64,000 nucleotides of DNA from assembly GCA_050951805.1 (NCBI GenBank), contig JBMNJT010000002.1:32001-96000 (forward strand), read 5' to 3'. Made by a program: the position numbers and the translations under genes. Positions within the stretch are counted from its first letter, which is position 1. The number at the start of each line of letters is the position of its first letter. The notes below the pieces were generated by a model, which worked only from the letters and a program-made list of their open reading frames with translations, was not told the origin of the DNA and made no database searches. Positions 10,062 through 18,861 of the stretch are shown piece after piece. This stretch comes from Bacillota bacterium. GTDB lineage: Bacteria > Bacillota > DTU025.

Positions 10062-10734
10062 GGATTTCAAACGGGCCTGCGAGGACCAACTTAGTATGCA
10101 CAGACAGCGGGCAGCCAATGTATATGATACTAGGGAGATTGCCTCGTTGAGCGACATAGCCAATTGGCGGAACGAAGTTACGGACCTGTTGCGAGTATTT
10201 GAAGGCCAGGAATTGGATGTTGAGGACTTGAAAGCCGTTCAGACACAATTGCATCTAGTCGAAATGCATTACGAGTCTCTTACCGATAGTTCTCTGGACG
10301 ATGCGGGATTTGAAGCTTTGCTACACCAATGTAAAGCCGAGAATAACAGAGCCTTCGCTGGTGACGTTCCGCCATTGGATAATGAACGAATATATGAAAG
10401 CATCGCGGAGTCCATTGGTGACAAGAGGCATCGCACCGCAGCAAACTGGATGAAAGTCAACCTTCCTAGCATGGAAGACATAGAGCAGGCAGATGCATCC
10501 ACTGTTGTTGCATACAGGACGAGACTGCATAACATGCCCCTTTTGCTGTCGGAGCGCCAGATAGAGGAAGTAAACAGGTCGCTGGAAGCATGTGCAAGCC
10601 GTATTGACGAGCTGGAGGTAGAAGGGGCATTGGCGCTCTTTAGCGCATTGTCTGATGAGAATAAGATAGTCTTCATAAGGGAGATTTCTCATTACATAGA
10701 CAAGCGCTATGCTGCCCATATGCACTTGTCTTGA
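9997..10734 (+). CDS. Frameshifted C-terminal fragment of the SspC-like ATPase
   Basis: Protein-like from KKLRDFK (~10051). Joins the previous fragment if one A is removed from AAA at 10050-10052. Confidence 0.55.
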   Translation: MQHVNERTSIGTRLISAAKKLRDFKRACEDQLSMHRQRAANVYDTREIASLSDIANWRNEVTDLLRVFEGQELDVEDLKAVQTQLHLVEMHYESLTDSSLDDAGFEALLHQCKAENNRAFAGDVPPLDNERIYESIAESIGDKRHRTAANWMKVNLPSMEDIEQADASTVVAYRTRLHNMPLLLSERQIEEVNRSLEACASRIDELEVEGALALFSALSDENKIVFIREISHYIDKRYAAHMHLS

Positions 10735-11026
10735 AATCAAGTTGATGTCAACGGGCTAGAAACCCTGTCGGTATTTACCTAATGCGTTGGAGAAATGAAA
10801 AGACTTTTGGTGTGCTGCTTCACGTCGACGATTAGCCTGTTGTGCATTTAAACTGCAACAATTGTATATTTGTCGCCGGCCAATGGAGGATATCTGTTGG
10901 CCTTTGTGCTATTTATCAGTACAGATGCGGTATGGATGGATTATCCAAAGAAGAACTGATTGACAGTCTTACTTCTGCGACACGGGCTTGGCTAGGCCAG
11001 AATGTGGGATCATGCAAAGGAGTGGA

Positions 11027-12673
11027 AGTCACGTCCGATATAATGCTGTAAAAGGCCTTCGCCCTGTTGTGGTGGGTTGGGATGGGTATGGAAAGGCCAC
11101 TGGTTCTCTAGTAGAATTGGAGCATAAGCGAACCAATTATCTACTAGGAGGAGAACCAATGGCTACATATCAGATTAGCATATCCGAAGAGCAATTGCAT
11201 GGACTTTTTGATGGGGACCGTGGGTTAGCAAACCTTCTTGAATCAGTGCTTAACCAGGTGCTTGAAGCGCAGGCTACGGAGCAGCTTGGGGCAGAGCCTT
11301 ATCAGAGAACTGAGGAGCGGACCGGGTATCGCAATGGGTCCAGAAGGCGACCCTTGGTGACGCGGGTGGGCTCAATTACCCTTGAGGTCCCCCAGTTTAG
11401 AAAGGGCAAGCTGAATACGGACCTTTTTGAAAGGTACCAGCGCAGCGAACGAGCCCTGATTGCCACGCTTGTTGAAATGGTAGTGAACGGGGTGTCTACT
11501 CGCAAGATTCGAAAGATAACCCGCGAGCTATGTGGTGTGGACATCTCGGAATCCACAGTCTCAGACATGGTGAAGACGCTGGACCCTGCAGTGCGCGAAT
11601 GGCGTGAACGTCCTCTCGACAAAGGGCCATATCCGTTTTTATTGGTTGATGCGATAGTGATCAAGATCCGCAAGGGAGGCAGGGTCTGGAATCACAGTGC
11701 GCTGATTGCCGTAGGCGTAAACTCTGAAGGCATGCGCGAAATTATCGGGTTCATGCTTGCAGACAGCGAGAAGGAAGACTCATGGCGCGAGTTCTTCAAC
11801 TCTTTAAAGGCAAGGGGCCTTTCGGGCGTAGACCTTGTGGTGTCAGATGACCATGGAGGACTAGTCAATGCTGTAGCAGTAGAGTTTCAGGGGGCATCAT
11901 GGCAGCGTTGCCAGACTCATTTCACTAAGAACATCCTGGATGCGTGCCCCAAGGCGCTTAAGGATGAACTCCACTCCCGACTGCGCCTCATGTTTGAAGC
12001 GCCCGATATGGATACTGCCAGAGAATTGCTTGGTGGCATCATTGCTGATTTCGCAGCTCGGGCCCCTAAGGCAATCGACAGGCTTGAAGAAGGATTTGAC
12101 GATGCAATGGCTGTAATGGTTCTACCCCAATGCCTCCGGAAAAGGCTGAGAACAACCAACTGTGTAGAGAGGCTCAACGAAGAGATCCGAAGGCGGGAAC
12201 GGGTGATAAGGATATTCCCAAACGGTGATTCGGCCATCAGGCTGCTTGGTGCTGTGCTTATCGAAAGGGATGAGGATTGGTCTACCGGTCGCAAGTATCT
12301 CAACATGGCTGAGTATTGGCAATGGAAGCAGGCTTGTGAATCGGGCCAGGCAGAATCCTCGCTCCATGTCGCTTGAGGGTTAGCGCTTCTCGTTACAATC
12401 CAAGCTGATGGCTATCGCTGACTCCGGCGCAGACCGAGAGGAAAGCAGAACCTAGCTAGAGATAAATATCTTGGTCATGGACTAACTTGCCTCGAGGCCG
12501 AGCCGGAGTACAATACTCATTCGGCTTGGATAGAAAGTGCAAACCAGTCGAATGCGTCCACTATACCAAGGAAGAGGAATTGGATGAAATTCGTCGGCAG
12601 TCCCGACTAGCTATCTATACAAACATGCTCCAGTAGAGGAGAACTGCTTTTACAGCACATTTCGGACTTGATC
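11027..12673 (+). mobile_element. IS256-family insertion sequence, 1647 bp
   Basis: Imperfect terminal IRs: AGTCACGTCCGATATAATGCTGTAAAAG versus reverse complement GATCAAGTCCGAAATGTGCTGTAAAAG. 8-bp target duplication GGAGTGGA at 11019-11026 and 12674-12681. Confidence 0.92.
11159..12376 (+). CDS. IS256-family (Mutator-type DDE) transposase
   Basis: Motifs RNGSRRR, GVSTRKI, LLVDAI, VVSDDH, QRCQTHF and TTNCVERLNEE. RBS AGGAGG sits inside a stem-loop before ATG 11159. Confidence 0.95.
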   Translation: MATYQISISEEQLHGLFDGDRGLANLLESVLNQVLEAQATEQLGAEPYQRTEERTGYRNGSRRRPLVTRVGSITLEVPQFRKGKLNTDLFERYQRSERALIATLVEMVVNGVSTRKIRKITRELCGVDISESTVSDMVKTLDPAVREWRERPLDKGPYPFLLVDAIVIKIRKGGRVWNHSALIAVGVNSEGMREIIGFMLADSEKEDSWREFFNSLKARGLSGVDLVVSDDHGGLVNAVAVEFQGASWQRCQTHFTKNILDACPKALKDELHSRLRLMFEAPDMDTARELLGGIIADFAARAPKAIDRLEEGFDDAMAVMVLPQCLRKRLRTTNCVERLNEEIRRRERVIRIFPNGDSAIRLLGAVLIERDEDWSTGRKYLNMAEYWQWKQACESGQAESSLHVA

Positions 12674-12948
12674 GGAGTGGATTTTCATGAACGGAGGAAC
12701 ACACGGGTTTCCTACCATGCAACAGTATTTTGCGAAAAGGTATCGCGTTTGGGCAATTATAAGTTTCGTCATTGTTCTAGTACTCTCGCTCGTTGCTGTG
12801 TTTAGTGCAGACTAGAACTACGGGGAAATGCAGAATGGATTTCCCTGAAGTTGCAGAATAGAATTCCGTGTTTCTGCAGACAAAGAAGGCCATTGCAGTG
12901 GCCCCCCAGAACACCCCTTGTGGACAAACATAAGGGGGGGTCGGGAGG

Positions 12949-14475
12949 ATGCTTACAATGGCACAGATAAATTCTATCAGACAACTGTTCTTTGAGAAAG
13001 GCCTGGGTTATGCTGAAATCGCAAGGGCCACGGGTTTTGACGTGAAGACTGTGAAGAAATACATACTGATGGAAGATTTCAATCAACCTCTTCCGAAGCC
13101 AAAGCAGATTCGTGGCTCTAAACTGGATAAATACAAAGAGCAAATCGACCAATGGATGGTGTCAGATAAGCAGGAGCGGAAGAAGCAGCGCCATACAGCG
13201 AAAAGGATTTTCGACCGGCTTGCAAAGGAGCATCCTGGGTTCGATTGCTCTTACCGCTTGGTAGCAGATTATGTCTCCCGGAAGAAGAAGGAGATCTACG
13301 GCAAGCAAGAAGGGTTCTACATGCCGCTAATTCATATACCAGGCGAAGCGCAGGTGGACTTTGGCGAAGCTGACTTCTTTGACAGAAACGTGCGTTGTAC
13401 AGGCCACTATTTGAACGTGTCTTTTCCACACAGCAACGCAGGCTACCTGCAGGTGTTCAAGGGTGAAAACATGCAGTGCCTGGCAGAGGGCCTAATGAAT
13501 ATCTTCGCGCACATAGGAGGAGTGCCGACAAGATTGTGGTTTGATAACCTATCACCTGCAGTCAAGACGATTCTGAAGGATGACGGGCGCGAATTGACAG
13601 ATGCCTTCTTGCGTTTCAAGAGCCATTACGGTTTTGCCACTGCCTTCTGCAATCCGGGCCAAGGCCATGAGAAGGGCAGTGTGGAGACGAAAGTAGGATA
13701 TCACCGCCGTAACATGCTGGTACCTGTACCCAAAGTAGATGATTTGAAGGAGTTCAACCGCCGACTCTTAGAGGAATGCGATCAGGACATGCTGCGGCCT
13801 CATTACTTGAAGAAACGTCTTCACAGAGACCTTTTTGAAGAAGACTTAGAAGCTTTCCTATCCTTGCCGTCTGTGCCTTTTGACGCATCTGAAATCAAGG
13901 TAGTGCGCACAAACAGCTATGCCAAGTTTACTTTGAACAACGGGAAGCACACGTATTCCACGGCTCCACGTTACGCAAAAAGCCAGGTGTTTGTGCAGCT
14001 AACAGCGTATGATGTCATTGCTTTCGATGAGAATTACCGGGAGATCATAAGGCACCCCAGGCTTTACGGCGACTATGAACAAGAGAGTATGGACTGGCTG
14101 CCTTACCTGACGCAGTTATCCAGGCGACCCGCAGCGTTGAAGTACACCGGCATCTACCCGATGTTGCCTCAAGAGGTACAGGCGTTCTTGGACTCGTGTA
14201 GCTACCAGGCTAAGAAAGAGACCCTGAGGGTCCTGGCCGAACTGAGCGAGAAAAGCAGCTTCAGCAAAGCCGCCGAGGCTGTCAGAAACGTCATCTTGCA
14301 TGGCGCACGGGATGCAGACAGCATTGTGGCTATGTTCAACAGGCTAAACGGCGATATCACGGATTTGGCCCCTATGGTTCTGCCGGCCAGCGTTCCTGAA
14401 ATGCCGTCGGTCAAGCCAAACCTGAGCGACTACGACCACATGCTCTTCAGGGAGGGCGAAGCCTGTGAAAGCTGA
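12949..14475 (+). CDS. istA: IS21 transposase IstA
   Basis: N-terminal HTH, PGEAQVDFG, WFDN, EKGSVETKVGY. RBS GGAGG. Confidence 0.95.
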   Translation: MLTMAQINSIRQLFFEKGLGYAEIARATGFDVKTVKKYILMEDFNQPLPKPKQIRGSKLDKYKEQIDQWMVSDKQERKKQRHTAKRIFDRLAKEHPGFDCSYRLVADYVSRKKKEIYGKQEGFYMPLIHIPGEAQVDFGEADFFDRNVRCTGHYLNVSFPHSNAGYLQVFKGENMQCLAEGLMNIFAHIGGVPTRLWFDNLSPAVKTILKDDGRELTDAFLRFKSHYGFATAFCNPGQGHEKGSVETKVGYHRRNMLVPVPKVDDLKEFNRRLLEECDQDMLRPHYLKKRLHRDLFEEDLEAFLSLPSVPFDASEIKVVRTNSYAKFTLNNGKHTYSTAPRYAKSQVFVQLTAYDVIAFDENYREIIRHPRLYGDYEQESMDWLPYLTQLSRRPAALKYTGIYPMLPQEVQAFLDSCSYQAKKETLRVLAELSEKSSFSKAAEAVRNVILHGARDADSIVAMFNRLNGDITDLAPMVLPASVPEMPSVKPNLSDYDHMLFREGEACES

Positions 14476-15193
14476 AATCGCTGAGTGCTGCAAACGCCTC
14501 CGGTTAAGCAGGAACATTGCTGCTATCTGCGACCAGATGGAAGCTGACAGCTATCAAGAGTATTTGCTGAAGATACTTCAGCATGAACTTGCCTACCGGG
14601 AGACTGCCCGGAGAAATCGACTGATCAAACAGGCAGGGTTCTATTCATTGAAGACGTTTGAAGGGTACTGCTTCGATGAGATTCGATTCCCGGGCGAACT
14701 GTCGGTTCCTGCACTAAAGACGACAGCGTTCATTGATGAAAAGAAGAATCTCGTGCTCTATGGCAATGTGGGCACGGGGAAAACGCACTTGGCTACAGCA
14801 ATCGGCGTCGAGGCTTGCAACAGAGGCAAGACTGTGCGCTTCTTCCGCACGGCCGCCCTAGTCAATCAACTTAACGAGGTTCAGAAGAGCGGAGAGATCA
14901 GCCGGTTCTTCAAGCAATTAGCCAAGACGGACCTTCTGATCTGTGACGAGTGGGGGTATGTGCCTCTGGACCAGGCAGGATCCAAGCTTCTGTTCCAGGT
15001 CATCTCAGACTGCTATGAGCAAAGGAGTGTGATCATAACCACAAACCTTGAGTTTAGCAAATGGGTAAACGTCTTCTATGATGAGCAGATGACCGCTGCC
15101 ATGATTGACCGCTTGGTCCATCACAGCTACCTTCTGCTTTTCGATGGCCAGAGCTATCGAATCAAGAATTCACTGATGAGAGAGCACTCTTAA
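14465..15193 (+). CDS. istB: IS21 helper ATPase IstB
   Basis: Walker A GNVGTGKT, LLICDEWGY, IITTNL, MIDRLVHH. Overlaps istA. Confidence 0.95.
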   Translation: MKAEIAECCKRLRLSRNIAAICDQMEADSYQEYLLKILQHELAYRETARRNRLIKQAGFYSLKTFEGYCFDEIRFPGELSVPALKTTAFIDEKKNLVLYGNVGTGKTHLATAIGVEACNRGKTVRFFRTAALVNQLNEVQKSGEISRFFKQLAKTDLLICDEWGYVPLDQAGSKLLFQVISDCYEQRSVIITTNLEFSKWVNVFYDEQMTAAMIDRLVHHSYLLLFDGQSYRIKNSLMREHS

Positions 15194-15953
15194 AATTCCC
15201 TGGGGGGATGCTGCAAAACGAGTCTGCAACAACAGGGAAAAAGTACTTGCAAAAAACACGTTGCTGTTGATTCGATCATATCGAAATCAGCAGCCCGCAC
15301 TATGCTTCGGGATCTGGAGGCCGGCATCCGGAAAGGAGAGAGGGGCCTGTTGGGCGGCTTGCTTGCCAAGGACCGGGGTGGAACCTTGAATATAGCCCCT
15401 GATGCAGTTGGAGACTATGTTGACACATGGCCGGATGTTCAGCGGGTGCAGGATAGGGGAAAGGGATCCGGCCACGGAAATGTCCCTTGGACCAGCGGGT
15501 CAGTGGTCTGGGCGGCCCGAAAATGGCATGACGGCACAATTGAGGTCACGTGGACCCGCCTGTTCGGCGTTAGGAAGGATGCAACTGGCATCTATCTACT
15601 TGTTACCGCTGCAGTGGCGGTTTCTTTCTGGATCAGCGCCGTCATAGCCAAGCAGGGTGCAAAGAGAATATCCCAGATGGTGGGGTCAGCTGCCGAGGCG
15701 AGCTTGAAGATATCAGAGGGCGATATGGAGCTCGATATGGAGTTCCGGGCGACCCAGGAGCTTTCAGACATATCAGACGCCGTCAACAGGCTTGCTTCAA
15801 AGCTTCGAAGAGAGTAGATGCAGCTTGAGACGCGGCCTCACCTTACTCGAATGCATGGATTAAATGCTGGTGTCGCCAGCGCAGAATGTGCTGCCTTGTT
15901 TCAAAACGACTCGTTGTCCACCTCAACCGGGTACCTGAAGAAGGCACACCGTA

Positions 15954-16048
15954 TTGCGCTTGAAGGTACTGACTGTCCTTGTAATAGAAGACGACCACAA
16001 CGTCCGACGCCTGCTTTCCCGGTATTTTGAGGCGGTTGCGAGTAGATG
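15954..16048 (+). pseudogene. N-terminal fragment of a response-regulator receiver domain
   Basis: VLVIEDDHNVRRLLSRYF is a typical OmpR-type receiver start. Cut off by an IS21 end at 16049. Confidence 0.65.
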
Positions 16049-16171
16049 TGTTAATGGCCAACTTGAAATGGACATAAGGTGGGTGGAAGAAGACTTATTG
16101 ATAGTAGAGACCCTTCCTAGACAACAGGCTCAGGTAGATTGGGGCTAATGTGGAAGTCAACATCATGGTCT
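16049..16171 (+). mobile_element. Decayed IS21 remnant (left end plus istA pieces); continues at 18733-18762
   Basis: TGTTAATGGCCAACTTGAAATGGACATAA nearly matches the left end of the IS21 at 18726 (TGTTAATGGCCAACCTAAAATGGACATAA). It encodes ETLPRQQAQVDWG, versus ETLPGEQAQVDWG in that IstA. Confidence 0.8.
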
Positions 16172-16328
16172 TGTCAATGGCCATTTGAGAATCCCCTTTT
16201 TTGGCCATGAAAAATCCCCACGGGAAGAGCAACGGGTCTAGGAACAAGAGCTCTTTGTCAGCTCGTGCTTCCTGTATGCATCTCGGTCGTGATACCTTAT
16301 GCGGATTCCCCCTTCCATTCGTGTAGGC

Positions 16329-17108
16329 TTAGGTGGTTAATGCCGTCATCGGTGGTACAAGGCGATGGCGTATTCGGTAACTGTCACCTTTAAGTGAGAT
16401 AACATGAGCATGGTGCAAAAGCCTGTCAAGGAACGCGGCCGCTGTTGCCGGCTGGTCAAATAGTTGTCCCCAGTCCTGAAAATCAAGGTTGCTTGTGACG
16501 ATCAGGGACCTGTGTTCATACGCCTTAGCAACCAATTGGAACAAGTGATCTGAACCTATGGCATCAAGCTGTATGTAGCCAAGTTCATCGAGGATAATGA
16601 GATCGTTACGTAGCAGCTTATTCATGATTTGTGAAACCGACCCATCCGCCAATGCGCTGTAAAGCTGATCTACCAAATCCTGAGTCGTAATGAACTGAAC
16701 ACGATAGCCCGAGTTGATGGCCTCGATACCTAGCGCTACTGCCAAATGAGTCTTTCCGACACCCGGCGGCCCAAGTAGAATGACGTTCTCTTTAGATTCG
16801 ACGAACTGCAATTGGGCTAGGTCCAGCAGGGTCTGTCGGCTGACGGAGTTCTGAAAGCCAAAGTCAAAGTCATCCAGAGTTCGGTAGAACGGGAACCGAG
16901 CTGACTTGAGCCGCGTTTCCCTTTGGGTTCGTTCCCTTCCTTCCACTTCCCGAACCACAAGGTATCCCAGGAAATCTATGTATGAGGGCTCTTCTTGCAA
17001 GGCAAGCTCGTTGATATCGTCAAGGTGTTCCCGCATATGCCTGAGCTTTAGCCGTCTAAGCCCCTGTTCTAATGCTTCTCGGTCTGCTGCAGGGATGGTT
17101 CGAATCAT
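16329..17108 (-). CDS. istB: IS21 helper ATPase IstB
   Basis: GPPGVGKT, IILDELGY, VTSNL, LDRLLHH. Confidence 0.95.
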   Translation of the reverse strand: MIRTIPAADREALEQGLRRLKLRHMREHLDDINELALQEEPSYIDFLGYLVVREVEGRERTQRETRLKSARFPFYRTLDDFDFGFQNSVSRQTLLDLAQLQFVESKENVILLGPPGVGKTHLAVALGIEAINSGYRVQFITTQDLVDQLYSALADGSVSQIMNKLLRNDLIILDELGYIQLDAIGSDHLFQLVAKAYEHRSLIVTSNLDFQDWGQLFDQPATAAAFLDRLLHHAHVISLKGDSYRIRHRLVPPMTALTT

Positions 17109-18583
17109 ACATCATGCCCCCTGTAGTAACTCAGATCCCGTTGCTCAACCCCGATGCTCTGCATGCAAGCATATTGGATAGGCATATCTGATGCTTCCCC
17201 GGGCACTCCAGGCAAGCTCAGAGGGTTCTTACGCTGCTTTTCCAGAGTTCGCTTTAGCTGACCATATCCAAAGGCCCTAAAGGCAATGCCACGCTCCATG
17301 GCAGCTTCCAGTTCACTCTCCGAGTACATGTTGGCCAGGTCAACAATCTGCTCCATCTGTTCCCTGAGATGTCCGATACGACTTTGGCTGAGCCCTTCAA
17401 GGTATACCTTCGCTGAGGGCGACAGGGCCTCAAACTTGGCCTGTAATGGATGCGATGTCCTCTTCGGTCGGCTATGGGCAGGATAGTGGCGATCTTGTAC
17501 TATGCTTTTGCCCTTGCCAGCGACCAACTCAATCGTGTCAATTACTTTATCTCCATCCAGAAGTTCGATCCGAGCATCGAAACGACGGTACTTCACCTGT
17601 TTGCGGGCAAACTGCACTGGTACGGAATACTTGTTTCCGTCAACCGATATCAGCTGTGTCTTTGTGGCCTTGCGTACTTCAATGACAAATAGCGGTTCTC
17701 TAATCGCCAGGGGCTGTAGATAGTGCTGTTCCTCTGCCAGGCGTTCAAATGGAACTTCACCAGTAGTACTGTGGATCTTGCTATTGGCAACCTCATCACA
17801 CCATTGCCTTGCCTGGATATTCAGATCCCCGAGGCCAGTATAGGAACAAGCGTAGTAGAAATCCCGTTTCACGTATTTAATGCTAGACTCAACTTTTCCT
17901 TTCGACTCCGGGTCATCAATCCAGCAGGCCTTAGGGCTAAATCCATAACTGACCGCCAGCCGCAAGAGGTGTTCATTGTAGCGTACGACTCCCCCTACTC
18001 GCTCGCTCACGACTGTTTTGGCATTGTCGAAGACTATCTCTCGAGGGACACCGCCCACATACTCTAAAGCCCGATGCATACAGCCAAAGAAAGTTGCCAT
18101 ATCAAGCGAGGTGACGAATTCGACGTATCTCATACGAGACCACGATAAAGTGAATGCAAAGGCATAAAGAGAAAGCTTGCGCCCGTCTACATCTATCTTT
18201 CCGCAGTGGCCCCAATCTACCTGAGCCTGTTCTCCCGGAAGGGTCTCAATCGGTTTATACTCTCGATAGGTCCTTTTTCGTAACCCCATAACGCAGCGGC
18301 GCACTGTCCTTTGGGAACCTGTATAGCCTTTCTTCTTGATTTCCCGATAGATGCGCTCCGCAGTCAACTCAGGCCATTTATCCAAACGATCTGTGATATA
18401 CTCTTCGTAAGGATCTGTTAGTCTAAAGCGCCGCTTATATCTGGGGTTTTCGGGATCATCAGCTGGGCCTTCCCAGTATTTAGCGACAGTCTTACGATCC
18501 AATCCTAGCCGCCTAGCTGTAGCTTTTTTCGTCAACCCTTTGTCACGATACTCACGGATTTTCACGACAGTCCCCACTTTCAT
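17105..18583 (-). CDS. istA: IS21 transposase IstA
   Basis: HTH, PGEQAQVDWG, VFDNAK, SKGKVESSIKY. RBS GAGGGAG before ATG 18583. Confidence 0.95.
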   Translation of the reverse strand: MKVGTVVKIREYRDKGLTKKATARRLGLDRKTVAKYWEGPADDPENPRYKRRFRLTDPYEEYITDRLDKWPELTAERIYREIKKKGYTGSQRTVRRCVMGLRKRTYREYKPIETLPGEQAQVDWGHCGKIDVDGRKLSLYAFAFTLSWSRMRYVEFVTSLDMATFFGCMHRALEYVGGVPREIVFDNAKTVVSERVGGVVRYNEHLLRLAVSYGFSPKACWIDDPESKGKVESSIKYVKRDFYYACSYTGLGDLNIQARQWCDEVANSKIHSTTGEVPFERLAEEQHYLQPLAIREPLFVIEVRKATKTQLISVDGNKYSVPVQFARKQVKYRRFDARIELLDGDKVIDTIELVAGKGKSIVQDRHYPAHSRPKRTSHPLQAKFEALSPSAKVYLEGLSQSRIGHLREQMEQIVDLANMYSESELEAAMERGIAFRAFGYGQLKRTLEKQRKNPLSLPGVPGEASDMPIQYACMQSIGVEQRDLSYYRGHDV

Positions 18584-18755
18584 CAAGTTTGCTCGCTCCC
18601 TCGAAATTATATTGGTTGGACATACCAATTAACTTCGAGAAAGAGCGGGCTTTTACTTCTTGGCTGTTGGCCGTTTGTGGGGATTTTTCGTGGCCATTTA
18701 TGTCCATTTTAGGTTGGCCATTAACATGGTCTCGCGTGAGGCGCATTCAATTTGT

Positions 18756-18794
18756 AACCAGTGGCCTTTTTACAGCATTGTATCGGACGTAACT
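18756..18794 (-). mobile_element. Orphan IS256 left-end remnant in inverted orientation
   Basis: Reverse complement AGTTACGTCCGATACAATGCTGTAAAAAGGCCACTGGTT matches the IS256 left end at 11027, with a deletion between its two AAAGGCC repeats. Confidence 0.8.
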
Positions 18795-18861
18795 GACAAG
18801 TCTGTGCCGGGGCTATCTGTTATCCTTGTCTTACCGGAACTACGGAGGGAGGCTGACGCAG

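Larger units (their letters stand above)
12799..15258 (+). mobile_element. IS21-family insertion sequence (istA-istB), 2460 bp
   Basis: Ends TGTTTAGTGCA... and ...TGCAAAAAACA (TG...CA). Direct repeat CGTTGCTG at 12791-12798 and 15259-15266. Confidence 0.92.
12687..15817 (+). pseudogene. Membrane sensor (TM-extracellular-TM-HAMP; truncated histidine kinase) interrupted by IS21
   Basis: Removing IS21 (12799-15258) and one TSD joins MNGG...LVLSLVAV (12687-12798) in frame to DSIISKSAARTMLRDL...QELSDISDAVNRLASKL. Stops right after the HAMP domain. Confidence 0.8.
16172..18726 (-). mobile_element. Second IS21-family insertion sequence, 2555 bp
   Basis: Ends TGTCAATGGCCA... and ...TGGCCATTAACA with repeated TGGCCA/AAATCCCC subterminal boxes. 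6-bp TSD TGGTCT at 16166-16171 and 18727-18732. Confidence 0.92.

Noticed and set aside
10988-11158. Longer N-terminus for the IS256 transposase given in the ORF track
   Set aside because: It starts outside the IS left end (11027). The real RBS AGGAGG precedes ATG 11159.
15815-16030. Pyrrolysine or amber read-through joining the HAMP ORF to the next in-frame ORF
   Set aside because: The downstream frame has no HisKA H-box, and the locus is already IS-disrupted. Ordinary decay explains it.
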